64,000 nt of DNA. Source: Paecilomyces variotii. Its lineage: Eukaryota. Both the position numbers and the translations under genes were made by a program. The stretch is from NCBI GenBank assembly GCA_004022145.1, contig RCNU01000011.1; one strand, written 5' to 3'. Shown piece after piece: positions 1 to 12,140 of the stretch. Within the stretch, counting starts at the first letter, position 1. Every line of letters begins with the position of its first letter. The notes below the pieces were generated by a model, which saw nothing but the letters and a program-made list of their open reading frames with translations, was not told the origin of the DNA and ran no database searches.

Positions 1-948
1 TCATTTTGTGTTTCAACTCAGCCTGTACACCCTGAAACGCGCACTGTGAAAATGTCTAAGTATGATTCTTCCCACCGCGGTGATCAAGTGCCATCCTCCA
101 GAGCCTCTTATAGCTTAACGATGCATGCTTTGTAGTAATTTTTGGTACATTTCTTTAGGGGTGTTTCGGTTCGGCTCGGTCACACACTTAGGCTATCTTA
201 GCTGTCGGCATACCTAAGTAGGTATGTACTTAGCCTGTCATGTCTTCTGCTCGTGAGTATTAGACGTTGCCACGACGGAATCTTCCCGATCCTTGGAATA
301 TAGGCCCTTTCTGTATGGTAGTTACGAGGCCAATAGAGAGTATGTATATAGTAAAGAGGTTCGAATGGAAAGGCTCTATGCGAAGAGCGCGATGAACCAT
401 GCAAAGATGTGCAGCACAGTGCATATCCATATCTCAAACGGTACCCTTCCACCATGATAACCCTATTGTAGTGATGATTCGATCCTTGGATGAACAGAAG
501 CGAATCACTCCGTTCTGACCACGACAGCATTTGTCTCTGGTTATAGTTAGTTGTAATTGCTCATAAGTATTTACTCGTTCCAAACTAGGAAAGACTCTCG
601 GCCGCGTCACTTCCTAGAACGGGTTAGTCGAATCCAGATAATTTCGAGGAATGAGTAATCCTTTTCTGCCTGAGGCTTCAAATGAGATTACATAGTCATT
701 CGAGATCGAGTTCTCGAAATCGAATCCTCGAATGTTTATTTGTCACTTGGTAATCTCACGGTCGGCCAGATGCTCTTTTCGTGGCCAGATTTTGCCTCTT
801 AGTAACTGAGCATCGCCATTGAGGATGGGTTTGTAATGCAAATCCGTGTTGGACATGGAAGTTGCGATACAGTTACTACTTATGCATGTAAGAAGAGGAT
901 GCTCTGGCCCACGGCAGTCGACGGCTTCACGACTCTGCTGCGTTTACC

Positions 949-2715
949 ATGGCTTCTTACAGGGGTGCTAGACATGACGAACATCCTCCCTCAGATGCAC
1001 CGCGCTTTCTCCGTCTTCATTTGGATCGCCCAAGGCTGGCGAGGAATCGCGAAGTGCAAGCCTGCGAACAATGTAGGTTAAGAAAGATAAGGTGTGACCA
1101 ATCAAAACCACATTGCGAAAGGTGTAAGGTCAATAGCCGACCCTGCGTCTATCGACCCAAAGCTGCCACGAAGGCACGACAAGTCGGGCTACCTGAAGGT
1201 CAGCCTTCGGGTACGAAGCCTTTCCATGACCACATACAACAATCAGATGGCGAACGAGAAGAAGGACAGACGATTCGACTCAACCAACACGGTCATCTCA
1301 AAGCTAACAATGGACTTCGACTCCGGTATTATTCCAGCTCTTCGTGGGTGGCATCTGTGGAAGAATCGGACGTCTCGATGCCGCTGGATGATCCCTTTGC
1401 CCTCTCCAGTCAAGGTCTTCTGGGTTTCAATAACCCATCTCTGGGGCTCTCAACTGGGGGTATCGATCGTTTTATCCAATCGAATGAGGTTGATCGACTC
1501 ATCTCGTGGTACTCTCAATACTGCCATTTCTGGTTTCCTCTCGTCGAGATCGCAGAAGTCATGACTAGTCTGCAGGACCTACGCCGTCATAAACGTTCTA
1601 CCCCTGGGGCAACAGCTATAATATCTGCTCTTTGCTATACAGCATCATGTTCTGCATCTGCCTCCAAAGATGTAGGGTCATCACTGAGTTCCATCCCGTC
1701 ATCATCATGGAGGAACGTGGCAAGTCAACTTCTATTTGACTCTGGCTATCCCAGTCGGCCTAACCTGAATACTATCAGAGCAGCATTTCTCCTTGCGGCG
1801 CCTAGTATGACAGAAGGAGCCTCACATCCTGACCCAGGCCCTGTTTGTGTCCTCGTGCGAGCTGCTCAGTCTCTCGGCCTGCACCGGGAGCCTATGTTGT
1901 TTCAGTTGTCTGCACATGAGGCGGATCTTAGCCGCATCCTCTGGTGGTCAATTCGTGTGTTAGATACAACCTATGCGGTGGCTCATGGTCTCCCACTGTT
2001 AATACATCCAACGTCTACAGATGTCCGAATGATCGATTGCGAGGGCAAACTGGAACGCAAACTACTGAAGACTATAATCCGATCGGGACTATTGATCTCC
2101 AGGGCTTTTCATGATATTTACGGCGTGCGTCAGCCAACCTTCACTGATATACAGCGATTAGATGAGGAGTCCGAAAGGATATCGACTGAAGAAGTCTCCG
2201 ACTCGAAACACCCACAAATGACGACTTTGGAAAGATTTGTCGCCATGAGCCGGAGAATGAGTTGCTGCAAGATGCTCTTCATTCTCCACCAACCGTATCT
2301 ACGAACGCCGCAATGGCCACAGAGCTCCAGGATAAAGGCCCTTAATGCCTGCCAGGATTACATCGGAGGGTTCTTGACAGGAGTTAATGACCCCACACTA
2401 TCTCCATACAGATGGGTGCTCGACCATTTCGACGTGATTCATCCTTGCGCCATCATTCTTCAAGATCTGATCCAGCATCCTGGGTCCCTGGAATCAGACA
2501 CCCTCCGCAATTTAGTAGAGACGTGCTTCTCCACTTTCTCGAATGATTCTCATCCAGACTGGACGCGACTGGAGGCATTGCGATCCAAGGCCTGGACAGC
2601 AAATTGCTGGAACGTAGACGAGCAGGGAGATCTCAGCATTCCGGAGGGTGATGTCAGTCTCGCAGATTGGGATCCTCTTTTTGCATCTTTCATTTGGGAG
2701 GAGCTTTTGATATGA
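949..2715 (+). CDS. Zn(II)2Cys6 binuclear-cluster transcription factor with a fungal-specific middle homology region; single exon, 588 aa
   Basis: ACEQCRLRKIRCDQSKPHCERCKVNSRPCVY matches CX2CX6CX6CX2CX6C; RAAQSLGLHRE...RILWWSIRVLD is typical of the fungal TF middle region. Confidence 0.93.
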   Translation: MASYRGARHDEHPPSDAPRFLRLHLDRPRLARNREVQACEQCRLRKIRCDQSKPHCERCKVNSRPCVYRPKAATKARQVGLPEGQPSGTKPFHDHIQQSDGEREEGQTIRLNQHGHLKANNGLRLRYYSSSSWVASVEESDVSMPLDDPFALSSQGLLGFNNPSLGLSTGGIDRFIQSNEVDRLISWYSQYCHFWFPLVEIAEVMTSLQDLRRHKRSTPGATAIISALCYTASCSASASKDVGSSLSSIPSSSWRNVASQLLFDSGYPSRPNLNTIRAAFLLAAPSMTEGASHPDPGPVCVLVRAAQSLGLHREPMLFQLSAHEADLSRILWWSIRVLDTTYAVAHGLPLLIHPTSTDVRMIDCEGKLERKLLKTIIRSGLLISRAFHDIYGVRQPTFTDIQRLDEESERISTEEVSDSKHPQMTTLERFVAMSRRMSCCKMLFILHQPYLRTPQWPQSSRIKALNACQDYIGGFLTGVNDPTLSPYRWVLDHFDVIHPCAIILQDLIQHPGSLESDTLRNLVETCFSTFSNDSHPDWTRLEALRSKAWTANCWNVDEQGDLSIPEGDVSLADWDPLFASFIWEELLI

Positions 2716-3708
2716 TTAGAAATAGTTTACTGTACATATCATCCAAGACCAGATCTCTACTTGATGTCTGCCGTTGTAGGTTAAATTGACGTCTTTGCGT
2801 ATCTCATCCGTGGAGAGCCCTGAATATCATCGTGCTTTGTCATACCCAGGATACCACCTCGTCCGTTATATGATTTTTACCTCACACAGAGTTAAAAAGC
2901 ACCAAGCCTTATAAGCTTACTTTACCTTGTTACATAACCTTGATTTTAATTATATTAACTAGCTATTTATTATAAATAATACTAGGACATCTTACGGCGC
3001 TAGTGACATTTTCCGTAAGACAAACGTTGAGCGTTCATAACTAAGCAAGCTAGAAACAGGTAACTCTATGTAGACTGAGAGGAATATCTCTAACAGATCC
3101 TCCTATAATCTTTAATCCCTTATAGCAGATCTAGCAAATCTAGCTAACCTGGTAGAACAGCCCCAGCTAGGTTGGTGGTTCAGAAGTCGCCTGCCACCCG
3201 GGCGAGAACCTGACGCTGGATGGTTCCGATGACTCTGTTCATGTCATTGTGCTCAAACAGATGAAGAAAATCGCGTTCATTACTATTCCAGGGCCAAAGA
3301 AGTTCTGGAACACCAAATTATAGAGAAGTGATATCATAATGCCCAGCTAGTTTTTATTGGCCGTTGTAGCTTACATACCATACCATACATTTGTCTCATG
3401 GAGTCACCGATCTAGAATCAAGGCCTATATTTAGAGCGGGGTGGGCAGAATCACTACTACATGCCTCCTATCTATTGGCAGATAAATTGTATTAAGCTTG
3501 CCAAGAATGTAAGCAATTTGCATTAGTGGCTTTTTTAACATCGACCCACCAAATTAACACTCGCCTTAAAATGTGTATATAGGGACGACGAAGTTCTTGT
3601 GTCAGCATCTTGCATCCCGCCACTCACACTATTCGGTCCTTTAATGCACCCAGTGGAATCTCTATTATTGTAGAGAGCTGCGTATTCGGAGCTGAAGTGC
3701 GAGTGACA

Positions 3709-4724
3709 ATGGCTGATGAGAGAACACCTTCGGTAGCATCACCATCGAACACTGCCGAAATCGAATTGGCGCTAATGCCACAACAATCCGGCATTCGCGC
3801 GTCATCTGAGGATTGGACTGGTGTGACAAATCGTGCCAAAAGAAGAAAACTGCAGAATCTGTTGAATCAGAGAGCATATCGTGAGATCTTCATTAAATAT
3901 TCCCTATGCTTACTCAATCTACAGTCTCATACTTAGCCAAGTTTTCTCCATGGCTAACATTACATCATAATATAGGTTTGAGGCGACAAGACACCACAAA
4001 CAAAGCAATCGATGGGAAACGAGAGCGCAGGAACAATAGGAGAAAATATAAACACGACGATACTCTAACGTGTGGGAGAATAACCAAAGACCCTCAGATT
4101 CACTGCCCCTCAGATTTACAGGAACGTATGCATCGGTTTGAGGCTCTTGCCATCCAAAGCTATCTCAATGCATCGCCAGATCTAAGTCATCTCATTTCTC
4201 TCTGCAAACTCAACGTCCAACGTGCCATCCATGATAATATTTTGACAATGGGCATGACAAAGGAATGGCTTTGTGCAGACGAAATCGTATCCATTTTCAA
4301 TCAAGCATCCTGCGGCTTTTCTGAGGAGTCGATCCCACCGAGTCTGCGCCCAACGGCGCTCCAACGAGCAACACCACACCATCCTTGGCTTGATACATTT
4401 CCGTTTCCCCAAATGAGAGATAATCTGATCTCGAGGACAAGTTACTTTGACGACGATGAGTTGTGTCATGATTTGATGGCTTTCTGGGATACCCGCAATA
4501 CAGAAGCGACTCTCTTAGTCTGGGGTCCGCCTTGGGATCCATCTAATTGGGAAGTCACCGAAGCATTCGCTCGAAAATGGGGTTGGATTCTCAAGGGATG
4601 TCCAGATCTCTTAATATACACCAATCGCTGGCGTGTGCGAAGGGGGGAGAAGCCACTAAGTTGGAGCCAGATTCTCATGCTGGGAAAAATCACAACACAG
4701 GATGGAAAGACCCAGACTTCTTAG
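3709..4724 (+). CDS. bZIP-like basic region plus DUF3425 domain transcription factor; 2 exons, intron 3881-3975
   Basis: EDWTGVTNRAKRRKLQNLLNQRAYR spliced (GTGAGA..GCTAAC..TAG) to LRRQD; DUF3425 motifs LRPTALQRATPHHPWLDTFPFPQMRDNLI and VWGPPWDPSNWEVTEAFARKWGW. Confidence 0.88.
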
Positions 4725-5034
4725 AACAGTAACAGAAAGATAAAATAAAAACTGCAATCCAGATCTAGCCGGTTTACATATTTCCGCGTTTCAGTGCTCA
4801 GATCTGCTCATGGGGAGTTAGGATTACCTCTGTTAAGGAGAACTTTGTGGGCCCTTTTTTTACTTCACAAAATTGACCAGAATCTCCATCATGGTTACTG
4901 TGACTCTATTTGTCTATTAAATTCATGCCAGCCATCTAAAGATCTGTTCTCATATATCTTCATGCATTCTAGCATTCTAAACAAGTTCCATAGGCAAAGT
5001 TGCATGTGTTATAGATCCCACACAGGCCATCACC

Positions 5035-6213
5035 CTACACGAAGAGTCCCATTCCAACCGGAGCAGGTTTCATTTGGTCGTCCTGAATTTCCTGCAGTAG
5101 TATATTCCCCGGATAATCTTCAAGATCAAGGTCTATGAAACCCCGTGGGACCCACTTCTTTGCTGATACAAAGAAAGAATGTCCGTTTACACTAGAATCA
5201 CTTAAGATTCGTAGAAGGCACTGTGCAGCATCTGCTGGGTCGGCAAATTCCACACCACTCCTCGCCACACGTGCAAATATCTCTTCCGGAAGAATGTTGG
5301 TTTTGACATACCTATCTCAGTCAGTTATTTGGCTCGTATTACCATTGCCACAAATCAGAATATCGCATACCATGGAGAAATGATATTCACCCGACTTCCG
5401 TAATAAAAAGCGGTCCTTCTCAGGGAGTGCATGATTCCTCGCATAGCCCATTTTGTCGCACAATACTGAGGAGTTCGGGGAACGTCAACGAAGGCTGCTC
5501 CGGAACCGATCAAAATCAAACATGTGTCCTTCTGGCTCTTAGACGGCTGTTGTCCATTCTGGCTGACGAAGTAATGCAGTGCCAGTTTCACAGTGTACAA
5601 GGATCCAACAAGGTTGACATCGATTGTAGATAAATCGGGCTTTTCCGGTTCCAGCTTATTGCCAGAGGGTTGGAACACCTCATCTGGCCGTGAAATACCC
5701 GCGTTGGCAACGACGTAGGAAATATCTCCTGTTGGCGAGAAGGACTTGGCTTCACGAAACAGCTGGACCTGATCGTCCCACTTCGTTGTATCACATTGGA
5801 CAAACTTGATGCTTGAACCGGACACAATTGTCAGCATCTTCTTAAAACACACACACATTATGCAATCTAATCCGAAAAAGGCCATGGTATACTTTGAAAG
5901 CTCAGCTTCTAATCGTTTTCCCTTTTCAACGTTGCAGTCCCCAACACAGACGTTCGCTCTGATGGTGATGTTAGTAAGTTGTGATCCGTTACGGCCAAGT
6001 TGGTACCGTGGATGTAGTACCCCGCAGCAACAAGAGCGCGAACATAAGCTTCGCCTAAACCATTTGCGCCTGTTCATCAAATATTAGAAGGTTCTTGCAT
6101 TTATCGACTGCGTTGAATCTACCTCCAGTTATGATCGCAGTTTTGCCCTTGAGATTTGCGGTATCAAAGGGCACATCACAGTCCACTGGACCAGAGTGTT
6201 CATAGCCAGCCAT
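5035..6213 (-). CDS. Classical short-chain dehydrogenase/reductase; multi-exon
   Basis: Spliced N-terminus MAGYEHSGPVDCDVPFDTANLKGKTAIITG|GANGLG (TGxxxGxG), VVANAG, and an intact YCATK catalytic motif; four GT-AG introns join the ORF-track pieces. Confidence 0.88.
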
Positions 6214-7502
6214 TTTAGGTCAGAAAGAGAAAATCTGAAATCGATCAAAATATGATAAGTTGAAGAAGGTAGCAAGCATGGCACTATGAGAAATCGTAAG
6301 GTCTTTAATACCGAGGTTGGAGGGACTGTGTAGCTCGTCATTATTTGCCTTTTTCATGGTGATTGCAGATAGAACTCGATTTCACATGTTTTACTCGCGC
6401 TAATGCAGCTTGCTTATTCCAGAACCAGCCACTAAGCTGACTGATGTTAGATTACCCCCTTGGGTCCTCCTCTTGGCGCCCTGGCAGCTAGTAGTTACGT
6501 GACTTAGGATAGGATATACCATAGACCTGCTCGCTAGTGATCAGGCAAGCTTCCACGGTGGCAGCGGGTCCAACGGTGAGCGTTATGAGTAGCAAGAAAC
6601 CAGCCTTACGGTTAATTGGGAAGCCGCCAGCAGTCAGGGTGCTCCATTGCTCCATAGACTAGAGGTGGCGGGTCTACTCCCTAGAAACTAGTTGAAATTG
6701 GTGGAAGATGCTCGATTTGCTCCCCGCTCAGAGGGGCTACAAGTGCAAAGATCTCGTTACAATTGTTCCGGAACTCAGGAGACGAAGCGTTTCAGACTCT
6801 GGGTGATTATTATCCGGATATGCTGCATTTTTCTTGCAGGACAACTTATTTTCGTGAGAAAAGGAGTATAGAGAGGCCACTAAATATGGCCGCGAAATAT
6901 CCCTAATGCCATAGCAGTTTTGATGAGAGAACATGATATCGACTACGAAGAGGCAAAAAAGGCGTTCTTTGGCACTGATTCGCGAGTATGAGACTAGATA
7001 TCTTGTGAATCTACGCGTTGCTAGAAACAGCACAGACCTGTCTGTGGACCTGAAAACGTACATGGAGGCGCTTCAATTTACATCCACTGGGAATGCTCTC
7101 CGGAGTCTTACGTGTCCGAGATATCATGGTTTGAGCAGTGAGCAGTGAGATTCAGTTGGAATCGGATCTCTTAGGATCATGTTGTCACAGAAGTTGCATA
7201 ACTATAGGAAGCGTTGAATTGCTAGGCTGTTTGATCCAGATAAGAGTGATGGTAGTGTCTATCATGTTATAAGGAAAAGAAGACGTAACTAGCTAGATCA
7301 ATTCCTAATCCGGAGACGTAAATAATACTAGATCAGGAAACCGATTCAAGTTAACTTTGCGTCAGCAATTTATATAACCATTGTAAAGTTGATAGCTAGG
7401 GACACTATAGTTACATTGATCGCTTATATATCAGTTATGAACTAAATATAAATCTCGTTCGTCGTTTTCACAGCTAAATCCTTTGAACTAGACTAACATT
7501 CT

Positions 7503-8558
7503 TCAATTTTCATTTCGCCTGAGGTTTGTCCGAAAGAACTGGGTGAGTCTGCCGAATGGGATGAGGTCCACACGATCATACAGATCGACATGGCCAGCTC
7601 CTGGAACCCATAACAGCTCCTTCGGTTCAGCAGCACGCGCGTAAGCTGCTTCGCTGAACTCGCGCGAGTGAGCCTGGTCGCCCGAGATGAACAGAAGTGG
7701 ACGCGGCGAAATCGTCTCTATATCTTCGAACGGATAGAAGTTCATGAATTTCACGTTACTGGAGAGCGTTGGGTGCGTCGTAAGGTTCGGTGACGAACCA
7801 GCAGGTGTGAACTCGCCACGAGATGTACGATAAAAGTCATAAAACTCTCGCGCAACAGGAGGTGATTCGGGCGTGATATGACTGGGAGTGCCGCTGGTAT
7901 ACTGAACCTCGCCGCCTTCCAATTCCGTCCAGCGTTGCTGCGCCGCGGCAGCAATGGCCTCCTTGCGCTGCTCGACACTTTGAGACCTCCGCAGCCCGTT
8001 GCGATTGACAGCGCCCATATTGTACATGCTTGCTGTCGCGATAGCCTTCATGCGCGGGTCAATCTTCGCCGCACTGATCACGAAGCCACCGCTGGCACAG
8101 ATGCCCAGGGCACCAATACGCTCACGATCCACGAAGTCCTGCATCCCGAGATAATCGACTGCTGCGCTGAACGCCTCTGCGTAAAGATCTGGCAGCACTG
8201 CGTTGCGTGGTTCACCCTCGCTGCCTCCCCAGAAGCTAAGATCGAGCGAGACTGTGACGAAGCCCTGCTCGGCTAATTTCGTAGCATAAAGATTTGCACT
8301 TTGCTCCTTCACGGCGCCCATAGGGTGGCTGACGACAATAGCAGGCAATTTGGCACTGACATTAAGATCCTTGAGGGTAAAGAGGTTGCCCGCGATAGTC
8401 ATCTGGTATTGATTCTGGAAGGTAATCGGCTGGAGCGTCACGTTGTTGCTGCGGTAGAAGTTGTTGGCTCCGTACGACATGTTCTGTGCTGCCGCTGACA
8501 TCGCACTGATGATTGCTATCATGGCGAGAGCGGCATTGCTGGTTCCTACCAGTTTCAT
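7503..8558 (-). CDS. Secreted alpha/beta-fold hydrolase (YcjY/COG1073-like), intronless, 351 aa
   Basis: Signal-peptide-like N-terminus; SHPMGAVKEQ, GGSEGEPRN, GALGICASGG, SPRPLLFISG, GAGHVDLYD motifs. Confidence 0.88.
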   Translation of the reverse strand: MKLVGTSNAALAMIAIISAMSAAAQNMSYGANNFYRSNNVTLQPITFQNQYQMTIAGNLFTLKDLNVSAKLPAIVVSHPMGAVKEQSANLYATKLAEQGFVTVSLDLSFWGGSEGEPRNAVLPDLYAEAFSAAVDYLGMQDFVDRERIGALGICASGGFVISAAKIDPRMKAIATASMYNMGAVNRNGLRRSQSVEQRKEAIAAAAQQRWTELEGGEVQYTSGTPSHITPESPPVAREFYDFYRTSRGEFTPAGSSPNLTTHPTLSSNVKFMNFYPFEDIETISPRPLLFISGDQAHSREFSEAAYARAAEPKELLWVPGAGHVDLYDRVDLIPFGRLTQFFRTNLRRNEN

Positions 8559-9866
8559 GATGCTATTCTCGAGTATTGGTCAAGTCTGATGATAGAAAAA
8601 TGACAGAGAGTCTGGTAACGGAAGGATACCTGTTTGCAGTTCTCATATTGCTGCTTTTATAGTTCTTCGATAGACAAGATAATGACCTTGCACTGCCATA
8701 GCCTCCGTCACCGACACCGGAGATTAGAGATTGTCTTTCCAAAGACGGATTGAGGCCGCGTATTGCCAATGCTTTCGGCGTGAAGTCGCCATTATGCCAA
8801 GATACATGGTTCGTAATTCGTGGTGAGTTGGTAGGACCTGATTACATGTTTCTATTAGCAGTGGAGAAGAGTCTTATGGATGGAAAAGCAAAGACCTCAA
8901 TGGTAGATGGCTTAAGCTTCCTTAACTGGCCGATGATATCAGCGGCAAAGCGACCTAGGCACAAGTAATTGCTTATAGGAAAAAGCCCTTACTAACCTTG
9001 GATACAAAGTGCCAGTGGGCCCTAAATGCAGGTTGCTGATGTTCGGTACGACCTTCGTGAATCCCACTTTTTATACAGTGAAAGCTTTCATACCAGAAAC
9101 CCAGACAGATAGCACAAGGTTATAAACTCCGGCGCTTATGCAAGTTGCTTATTCTCTGGCCTTGGCAGGGTGGCTGAGGTGCTGATCGATCGACATGATG
9201 AACTGGGGAACTGGGGATTAAGTACGAGACTTATCGTTACCTGTCAAGCAGCACCGTGAACGCACCCACGTAGTCAATCAACGTGGGCAACTTGATGATT
9301 CCTCGAACGGACCTTTAATACATTGACTTGACTAATCGATCCATGACACTTGTCAGGAGCGATATAGATGCCTTTTTAATCTCTGGGAACCCAGACTCAT
9401 GCACTCCGATAGATGCAACGATTCTCAAAAATAACGCTGGCGAAACCCTTTCCTCGCAGAAGAACTATTCGATTTGTGTCCTTGGAACGAAAGAGAGACA
9501 TGAATGTATTGTATTAATCAAGCTCGAATAGGATCAACATACTAAGACTTCCCTTTGGAAAGGAGAACGGCCGAAAGACTTTCCGTATTCGGAAACAGAT
9601 GATGAACAATTTGTATATAACTACTTGACTGTACCATGAATCAATAAGTAATTCGTCTGCCATAACTACAATCCTGTCTCCCGTTCCAACGACATCTCTG
9701 CTACGCCGGAAATATTTCACGGCCGAAGGTAGGTACTCAACTTAATCAGTCCTTCCAGTCGAATTCCGAGTATCCGTGTTTTATCAACCTGGTCTTCCTG
9801 AATCAAGCGACTGACTGAGCTCCGCATCATAGGAAGAATCTGGTCCTACCATTTATATCACAGACT

Positions 9867-10706
9867 ATGGCAAACCCTTCCCCTTCCAAGTCTTCTGCCG
9901 CCGCGAATGTGGGCAACGATGGAGAACCAGTGGACAAGATCCAACGCGGTAACTACACATTCAGCACCGCAGGGACAGCAACTTGGATCGGCCTCCGGGT
10001 TCTAGATCCCTTCATCCAATACAATCTCCTGTTCCGGGGTGCAGGTGACAACATCCTAACCCGCATAGGTGTCACAACCACCAGTTCTGTCCTAGCTGGC
10101 TCATCCTCTGCTCTATCTAAACCCCGTTGTATCCTCCTTGGCATGTCAGCAGCCGCAGTGGCGAAGCATATCTACTGGATTCTTGGGCTCAATCAAGAGT
10201 ATTTCCCGCCATCATTCGCAACGTTCATCTCAGCCTTCAACCTCGCATTCGATACGACAGCTACTTTCCTTCTGCTTTCTTCCAAAACCTCTGCTGCTCT
10301 TTCAGAACCTCAGATCAGTATTCCCTACACCAATGGCCTCTCCTTGCCTTTGAACGTTGTGGTCGGAACGTTGATGTTCTCTGCGGGACTCCTGGTCGAA
10401 ACCGTGGCCGAAGTGCAGCGGAAATGGTTCAAGAAAGATCCTAAAAACAAAGGAAAGATCTTTACTGGGGGACTGTGGCGACTGGCGAGACATATCAACT
10501 ATGGAGCGTATACAATTTGGCGCGGAGGATACATGCTTGCTGCAGGTGGATGGGCACCGTGCGTGATTCTCATGGCATTCTTGTTGCGGGATTTCTTGAG
10601 CAATTCGATCCGGGGAATGGATAAGTATATGGGGGGGAAATATTCTGAACAGTGGGAAGAGTACAAGGCCAGGGTTCCTTGGTTAATGTTTCCGGGAATC
10701 TTTTAA
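9867..10706 (+). CDS. DUF1295 / steroid 5-alpha-reductase-like membrane protein
   Basis: ETVAEVQRKWFKKDPKNKGKIFTGGLWRLARHINYG and C-terminal YSEQWEEYKARVPWLMFPGIF; several hydrophobic segments. Confidence 0.85.
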   Translation: MANPSPSKSSAAANVGNDGEPVDKIQRGNYTFSTAGTATWIGLRVLDPFIQYNLLFRGAGDNILTRIGVTTTSSVLAGSSSALSKPRCILLGMSAAAVAKHIYWILGLNQEYFPPSFATFISAFNLAFDTTATFLLLSSKTSAALSEPQISIPYTNGLSLPLNVVVGTLMFSAGLLVETVAEVQRKWFKKDPKNKGKIFTGGLWRLARHINYGAYTIWRGGYMLAAGGWAPCVILMAFLLRDFLSNSIRGMDKYMGGKYSEQWEEYKARVPWLMFPGIF

Positions 10707-11480
10707 AAGAGGCGTTCATGTTGGAGATAGGACGGTGTGTATTATGTGTCTGCTTTTCGGGAGAATCAATACCTTCACCTTGACAATCTCATCAGCTTGC
10801 ACTTAAACCCCATATATGCAGCTCTCCACAATAAAGATCCTAATAGGGTACATAAAAGGCCTAATAAGGTGTAAGTAGCGCTGTGTAAAATGCTTACTCC
10901 AATAAGTAAAATAAGTAAAACAATCCATAGCAAGGTCCACGTCGTCCTTATACTTACACACGTTAAGGAAAGCGTTGATTCGAAAGCCACTAATGCAAGT
11001 TGCTTATATTCTTGGCAAGCCCAACTTTATTTATCGGCCAATAGGAGGTATGGGGTTCTTCTGTCTACTCAACCCGAAATATGGACCTTAATTCGAGTGA
11101 GATGTATGGAACACATGTTGCAATGAGCAGTATAACGATAGCTGAAAATTATGACATTGTTTCATAGGTTGATGCTCCAGAACTTCTTACTGTGGCCCTG
11201 CAATATCGATGAAAGTGAATCTCCCGTAACTATTTCAGCATAATGACATCAACAGAGCACTCAATCCCCAGGCTTGAACTGTCTCGCTAGTTTTACTGCG
11301 TAAGAAGTTAGCTTGGCAAGGTGACTGAGACGAAGTAGGGAAAGGATACTATCATTTAAGCACACATACATCGAAAAACGAAAACGGAGAGGAAATAAGA
11401 ACCAAATGAACTAATCGAGATTATAATACATTAACAGATCTCGTTTTATTGTCGAGAATGCAGTAGGTAGGTAATTGATC

Positions 11481-12140
11481 TCATCCCATCGGATAGTCAC
11501 TATCGTCAAAATTGCTGCCGATGTCAATATCAGGTTCACATGCAAATATCACCCTCTCAACCTTTGCTTGGCTTTCCAGTATTCTTTCTTTCTGGCTTTG
11601 GGCGATAGCATCTTTCTCTGTTGCTGCTAGAGATCCCAGAAAGAGGTATGCGCACAGTAAGGACACGAAAAATAATGCGTATATCCTCACTAAAGGAGTA
11701 TGAAAAGAATTTTGGCATCCATCATTAACATTGGAAAGATCCTCCAGGTGCCATGCGATGTTCGGACATATGAGGTCTTTTATTTCGTCAAGTATGGGCT
11801 CCATATTCAGGCGGCGAGAGCGTAATTCACGAAGGCTTTCGCTGGATATGTCCTTCTCTCTCGCATATGATAAGTCCAAGATGTCGGCTACATCATCACC
11901 AAACGGGGTATCATAAATGAGTGACACCCAATCAACATCTGACAGTACGCTTTGGTCCTGTTCGCATATGACGAGGTAATTTCGATATGGATGTCCTTGA
12001 GGTGTACAAAATTGGTCATCATCATTACTTCTAGATTTGTCTTCTAGATAATAATTTTGGCGAGCATCAGGGTCGATAGCAGCTGCCGCTGCTAATAGCG
12101 AAATCGAAATGTTCACAAAAATCAAAGATGATAGTAACAT
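11481..12140 (-). CDS. Uncharacterised type-I membrane protein: signal peptide, acidic 4-Cys ectodomain, one TM helix, short tail
   Basis: 219-aa ATG-initiated ORF; hydrophobic N-terminus ending AAAAA; TM-like IYALFFVSLLCAYLFLGSLAA; no family recognised. Confidence 0.6.
   Translation of the reverse strand: MLLSSLIFVNISISLLAAAAAIDPDARQNYYLEDKSRSNDDDQFCTPQGHPYRNYLVICEQDQSVLSDVDWVSLIYDTPFGDDVADILDLSYAREKDISSESLRELRSRRLNMEPILDEIKDLICPNIAWHLEDLSNVNDGCQNSFHTPLVRIYALFFVSLLCAYLFLGSLAATEKDAIAQSQKERILESQAKVERVIFACEPDIDIGSNFDDSDYPMG

Noticed and set aside
198..530. 110-aa minus-strand ORF
   Set aside because: No recognisable motif and atypical composition; probably spurious or a relic
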